Shown: positions 59,501 through 64,000 of the stretch, piece by piece
Layout of the letters: each line of letters begins with the position of its first letter
Numbering within the stretch: position 1 is the first letter of the stretch
Origin: Bugula neritina
Lineage: Eukaryota > Animalia > Bryozoa
DNA length: 64,000 bases
Reading direction: 5' to 3'
Assembly: GCA_964035545.1 (NCBI GenBank)
Contig: OZ037771.1
Location: forward strand, 10,606,480 to 10,670,479
Notes under the pieces: generated by a model
Database searches by the model: none
What the model saw: only the letters and a program-made list of their open reading frames with translations
Told to the model about the DNA's origin: nothing
Translations under genes and position numbers: made by a program

Positions 59501-62500
59501 TGGTGCGCAGATGGTCCCTGGCGGCGCGGGCGGTTAGCCCAAAGTGCGACCGGGGGGCCTGGAAAATGTGCTTGGTATCAGGCCCAAGAGCATAACTCTT
59601 TGCTTGTCCTGTCAAGCAGGTACGGAGGTGAAGAAGGCGCACCGGTGCCGGCCATTGGGCGAGGGTGGCTACCTCTTCAAACTCCCTGATGAATTGCTCG
59701 ATGTCTTTGTCGCCTCCAAAAATCGGGGGCCTCAGGCGATACCTGTCTCCAGGTGCTGCCTGCCTGGCCTTGCCGACTTCCCGGAGGGCCGCGATGAGAG
59801 TCTCCATGGTGAGACTATCCTCCTCTCTTTCTTCTCTCACCATCTCTACCTCTCCTTCTTCTCCCATTTTTTCTTCTTCCTTTCTCTAGTATGGCTGCCT
59901 GTCGTACTTATCTATTTCATCCCACCGCTGCCACCAATGTTATGATTTTGCGGGTTTAATGAAATAGACTAAGTAGTCTGCATGCCAATACTTGTGATTG
60001 TTGAATAAAAGTCTTTGTAAAATGTTGATTCTAATAGTCTTCATTGATAGATATAGTAGTTTCCTCTTCGAGCTCCAGTGTTAGACTGATTTGATACTGG
60101 AGATGCTCGCCTTTATATACTGCAAAAAAGTTCCGGCCACGATGGGGGTCCGGAATTCGGCCGAATTCAGAGTTCTGGTTGCCGACTTCGGAAGAATCTG
60201 TCCGAAATCGGACACATTCTTCCGAAGTCGGACATACCTCTTCCGAAATCGCGCCCTGGGTTCCGACTTCGGCTGAACCTCAGCTCACATAGATTATTGC
60301 AGATTACTATAAAAAGAAGTGGCGGGAAACATAACTCCAAAAACTATTACAGTAACTTAAAAACAAACAATAAAAATAGGAAGGCAATTCACAATTATTA
60401 CGCTATTCACTACGCTAAGAGCTTAGCTATAATTACAACATTTAACAGTATTTACAAAGTTACGCCAAGTCCATTATAATAGTGACGCGATATAATTACT
60501 AGAGCGTTAAAATCCATTACAATATATATATCTTTACGAGCTAGTAATTTAATTATGAATAAATATACGAGAAACATTGTGGTTTTATTACTTTATATTA
60601 GGCAAAGTAATTAACTAATTTTTTGGGCACCACTGTGCCCATCTTCAGAGTAACAATGAATGATGAAAATTTAAAAGTTATGGCGTTACGTTAAACACTA
60701 TGCATGACACAAAGTATAGAAAGTGGCAGTTATTTCAAATTATTCAAACTGAGGGTGATAATCTTGTTTTTTTATATTACATGCTTAAAAATTATACTGA
60801 TCTTTTTGCATAAAAATGAATTAGAGTTGACAAAATATAATTATCTGAATATAAAAACAACATGGATTAGCTATGAAAAGTATGTAAAAGTTTTATTTGT
60901 TTAATGTAGAGAGCTTCGGCTTATTTTCGATGGTGGATTCTTTTTAATGACTGATTCAGAACTGTTACGTTGTCTATTGATATGCTTCCGTAGTTGGTAG
61001 TGGAAATATGTTTATATAATTATTTTCGAATTACTGTAATGGCAATGCTCATTTATCCTGTGTGACAGGCGATCCCCGGTTTCGCCTATATAGGTTTGTT
61101 GATGCAAAGCTTCAGGGCAGGTTATTTTGTAAACTATGTTGTGTAGGTGCTCTTTATTAGTTTTGTCTTTGAGGTTGAAATGTGAACTTAAGGGAGTTCC
61201 TTTGAATATGATTCGGGCGTTAAGTTCAATTAGAAGTGAGTCTGCAATTAATTTGTTGAGGGAATGAAATGGCTTTTCTCCTGCTACTCCTTTATAAGGT
61301 AGTTAAAGTAAAATGTATTTCCTGTTCTCCTTTTCACCGAGTAGTCCGTTACTAATCACGGGCTTTCCATGGATCGATCTCAGATCGATCTCGCTAAGAT
61401 CAATCTGAGACATGTGCTCAGATCGATCGTTTTTCCACGAGAGCGTCAGATCGATCTTGCGGAGTTGCCTCCTCTTAAGTGAAGAGTACTTCAATAGTAT
61501 AATTTTTTTACCCACCTGAGTGATAAAAGCTACTGCTGTTAAAAAACAAAATTTCCATAGTCTAAAATTTAACGCCAGCTATAAACTCTGCCCAGTAAAG
61601 CTTTTAATATGAAGTAATTTGGCCAATTTAAGATAATTAATTTTAATGTTTTAGCTTGACAGCTTATATAAAATCAATATCTGTTGTGCAGATTATTCAT
61701 AAACTTATGGGACTATTAGGCTTAAAATTACGCAGCAAACAACTAATGAAAGTAAGTTTTACTAGTAATTTAAATTCAATTTAAATGCTCCAATTTTTTC
61801 TATTTTCTATCGTCTATAATTTTACATAATTGAGTTTTCTTAATCATTTTGATGGAAGTCGAAGTTTTGCCACCTGAAAAGGTAGCTATCATAATTATTA
61901 AGTACTTTGCTTAGTAATTAACAATAATTTATCATTTTTATTAGCAGACAACATTTTAGCAAGCAGTCATTTTTCTACTTCTCAGATCGATCTTTCGTCT
62001 TTCCATGGTCTTATTGCCTTGAAATCAATTTGAGTTCAAGCTCTACAGACCGACCAGCTCAGGACAAATGAGATCGAACTTTGACGTCTTTTCATGGATT
62101 GATCTCCGCAAGATCGATCTGAGATCGATCCATGGAAAGCCGCTGAATGTTGTTATTAGTTTTCTCTATTTTGTTCAAAAACATTTCCAATATATTTTAG
62201 CTTTTAGGTCTCAAGTGCTGGAGTAAAACAGATTTTATTAGCCCTTAATACTGGCAATTTCAGTGCGCTTAACTTCCAAGTTTTAAGTGAGAAAAGGTTC
62301 CAATAAAAATATGTATTATTGTGTGTTGGCTTACGGAATACTGTAGCTTCCACTGAGCTGTTATGTCGCAAAATTTGTAACATCCAAAAGAGAAAGTGAT
62401 TTATTGGTTTCTACTTCGTGGGTAAGTTTTATGTTAGGATGGAAAATATTAAGTGTGTTGAGTGTTGTGTTAATATAATCAGGGTCTATTGTTGCAAATG

Positions 62501-63383
62501 TATCATCCATGTATCTTACCCAAGGTGAGATTGAATTCAATTTTGGTATTAGTTTTTATTCCAGCTTTGTCATAAATATATTGACAATTTTTGGTCCCAG
62601 AGAAAATCTCATAGCAACCCCATCCGTCTGTGTATAAATGATGTCGTTGAAAGAATACCTACACAACATAATTTACAAAAGAACCTACCCTGAAGCGTCG
62701 TGTCAACAAACCTATATAGGTGAAACCGAGCATCGCCTATCACACAAAATAAATGAACATTGCCATGGCCTAAATTCGAAAATATATCTCTACGAAAGCA
62801 TATCAATAGACAACGTAACAGTTCTGAATCAGTCATTTAAAGGAATCCACCATCGAAAGTTAGCCGAAGCTCTCTATATTAAACAAACAAAACGTCAACT
62901 TAATAAACAAAATTACTTCATACCACTAAAACTATACTAACAAGTTCTATAACAATTAAGTTTTACACTACTCAACCTTTACATACTTTTCATAGCTAAT
63001 CCATGTTGTTTTTACGTTCAGATATTTATATTTTGTCAACTAACCCATTTTTATGCAAAAAAATTAGTATAATTTTTGACTCATGTAATATAAATAACAA
63101 GATTATTTTTCTCAGTTTAAATAATTTAAAATATAACTGCCCCTCTCTATACTTTGTGTCATGCATAGTTTTTAATGTAACGTCACAACTTTTGAATTTT
63201 TATCAATCATTGTTACTCTGAAGATGGGAACAGTGGTGCCTGAAATATAATATTAGCTAATTACTTTGCCTAATAAAGTAATAAAACTACAATGTCTCTG
63301 GTATACTTATTCATACACATACACATGCACACGCACACGCACCCATGCATTACACGGTATAAGTTTGACACTTTAGCTTTTAG

Positions 63384-63472
<89 letters not shown>

Positions 63473-63703
63473 TAGTGTTGTATTATTTTATATTGAATTG
63501 AATTGTTGTATTACAAAAGATAAACTATGCATTCCAGCTTTTAGATACATTGTATTACACATAATGTAAACTACATGTATGTTGAAAGACAAACTCATAC
63601 TTTTATATGTAGCATGTGCCACTCTTTGATACAGCTTACGCTCTTCTATCCTTTTCAAGAGTTGTCTTGCCTCTTCTAATCTCGGATCATTGCTTTCTTT
63701 TAT
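49849..63703 (-). CDS. SAMHD1: SAMHD1-like copy B, exons 8-11; the 5' part lies beyond the window end
   Basis: Exons 63703-63601, 52171-52039, 51275-51194, 49956-49849; lengths and phases identical to copy A (103/133/82/108 nt); no stops; GT-AG intact. Confidence 0.9.
50194..50496. mobile_element. MITE (PIF/Harbinger-like), SAMHD1-B intron 10
   Basis: TIRs cctcctagacacacttt ... aaagtgtgtctagggg; same family as the 16229 and 42577 copies. Confidence 0.78.
52222..53533. mobile_element. Truncated DNA-transposon-like element, SAMHD1-B intron 8
   Basis: Starts with repeated ggggctagttga(g/a)ccac terminal motifs; its distal part matches 9245-9365; it stops at the (TA)n run. Confidence 0.5.
53577..54162 (-). 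repeat. Gypsy 3' LTR (586 bp)
   Basis: tgttatg...ccattaca; minus-strand TATATAAAG (~53754-53762), TCAGT Inr and AATAAA (~53682-53687); PPT adjacent. Confidence 0.97.
54163..54172 (-). promoter_or_regulatory. Polypurine tract
   Basis: ggggggagaa on the minus strand, abutting the 3' LTR. Confidence 0.9.
54265..58520 (-). pseudogene. pol: Gypsy pol (protease, RT, RNase H, integrase), frameshifted
   Basis: Protease site LLGTGC (DTG changed to GTG); RT [25 protein letters not shown] and YLDD; RNase H LDTDAS..ELLAVV..TDH; integrase CEVC, VAVDLVGP, HTDQG, PQGNGVVERNN; split over at least 6 ORFs. Confidence 0.93.
58947..59867 (-). pseudogene. gag: Gypsy gag with a premature stop at 59100-59102 and a CCHC zinc knuckle
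   Basis: 255-aa ORF; the same frame past the TAA gives CRGCGARGHVRRQC followed by SLN..*. Confidence 0.85.
59919..59936 (-). promoter_or_regulatory. Primer-binding site complementary to the tRNA-Leu 3' end
   Basis: + strand atcccaccgctgccacca equals the 3' 18 nt (including CCA) of metazoan tRNA-Leu(AAG/TAG); 1 nt from the 5' LTR. Confidence 0.88.
59938..60521 (-). repeat. Gypsy 5' LTR (584 bp)
   Basis: Differs from the 3' LTR by roughly a dozen substitutions and about 4 small indels (counted by eye). Confidence 0.97.
60618..60648 (-). ncRNA. Minimal hammerhead ribozyme motif of the Penelope-like element (GAAA decayed to AAAA)
   Basis: CTGAAGA-T-GGGCAC-AGTG-GTGCCC-AAAA; perfect 6-bp stem II. 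Confidence 0.6.
61357..62145. mobile_element. MITE with GATC-rich TIRs inserted in the Penelope-like element
   Basis: ~30-bp TIR ggctttccatggatcgatctcagatcgatct / agatcgatctgagatcgatccatggaaagcc; 3-bp TSD aat/aat. Confidence 0.9.
62638..63318 (+). mobile_element. Inverted second Penelope-like 3' segment (GIY-YIG fragment + 3' end)
   Basis: ORF 62638-62940: NIIYK..C..TYIGET..RL...INEH..RKLAEALYIK..LNKQ; 63020-63318 is the reverse complement of 60550-60840. Confidence 0.88.
63218..63255 (+). ncRNA. Minimal hammerhead ribozyme motif of the Penelope-like element
   Basis: CTGAAGA-T-GGGAAC-AGTG-GTGCCT-GAAA-TATA; CUGANGA/GAAA core intact, stem II partly mutated. Confidence 0.65.
63384..63468. repeat. 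(CA)n(TA)n microsatellite, SAMHD1-B intron 8
   Basis: Visible array at the position equivalent to 43967-44136 in copy A. Confidence 0.9.
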
Positions 63704-64000
63704 CTAAAAGTGTCTTTAAGGTATGTGCAGCTGAAACTAACCAGTAGTACTGTAACAAGGTTTCTGCTCCTGCATATCATAACATGGTATAATACTGCAT
63801 ACTGTGTATACTAATACTGTACTGTATATAACACTAGTATTGTACTGTGTATAATACTGATACTGTACTGTATATAATACTAATACTGTACTGTGTATAA
63901 TACTAATACTGTACTATGTATATAATACTGTACTGTGTATAATACTAATACTGTACTGTATATACTGTACTATGTATATAATACTGTACTGTGTATAATA

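Larger units (their letters stand above)
53577..60521 (-). mobile_element. Full-length but decayed Ty3/Gypsy LTR retrotransposon
   Basis: Two TG..CA LTRs (53577-54162, 59938-60521); atat TSD within (TA)n; PBS and PPT; gag-PR-RT-RNaseH-IN order; multiple frameshifts and stops. Confidence 0.97.
60531..62637 (-). mobile_element. Decayed Penelope-like retroelement (RT, GIY-YIG, 3' end), interrupted by a MITE
   Basis: Minus strand: QTDGVAM..SLGP..NIFM..LE, WVRYMDDTF, HPNIKLTHE.E..SL..LDV, TVFRKPT; then NIVYKITC..TYIGETG..L..RINEH; several stops. Confidence 0.88.

Noticed and set aside
54362-60479. Numerous + strand ORFs inside the Gypsy element
   Set aside because: Antisense shadows of GC-rich gag/pol and LTR sequence.

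Overview
AT-rich, intron-rich animal DNA, probably a marine invertebrate (inference from gene content). I hand-spliced the genes and checked exon phases. Four genes are complete: an intronless IAP (2 BIR + UBA-like + RING, +); a 10-exon secreted coiled-coil/fibrinogen-domain protein (+, ~565 aa); a 19-exon type II transmembrane collagen with a furin site and a PAN-EB-mucin-PAN tail (-, ~815 aa); and an 11-exon SAM-less SAMHD1-like dNTPase (copy A, +, ~465 aa). A second SAMHD1 paralog (copy B, -) contributes its last four exons, and an intact orphan third copy of the terminal exon lies at 35.0 kb. Intron 8 of copy B holds a full-length decayed Gypsy element, an inverted Penelope-like pair with hammerhead ribozyme motifs, and MITEs. 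The strongest leads are the collagen-PAN receptor architecture, minisatellites that multiply splice donors (in frame in the fibrinogen-domain ligand loop, out of frame in SAMHD1), and the SAMHD1 triad with region-specific amino-acid divergence. All gene models come from sequence alone and need RNA confirmation.
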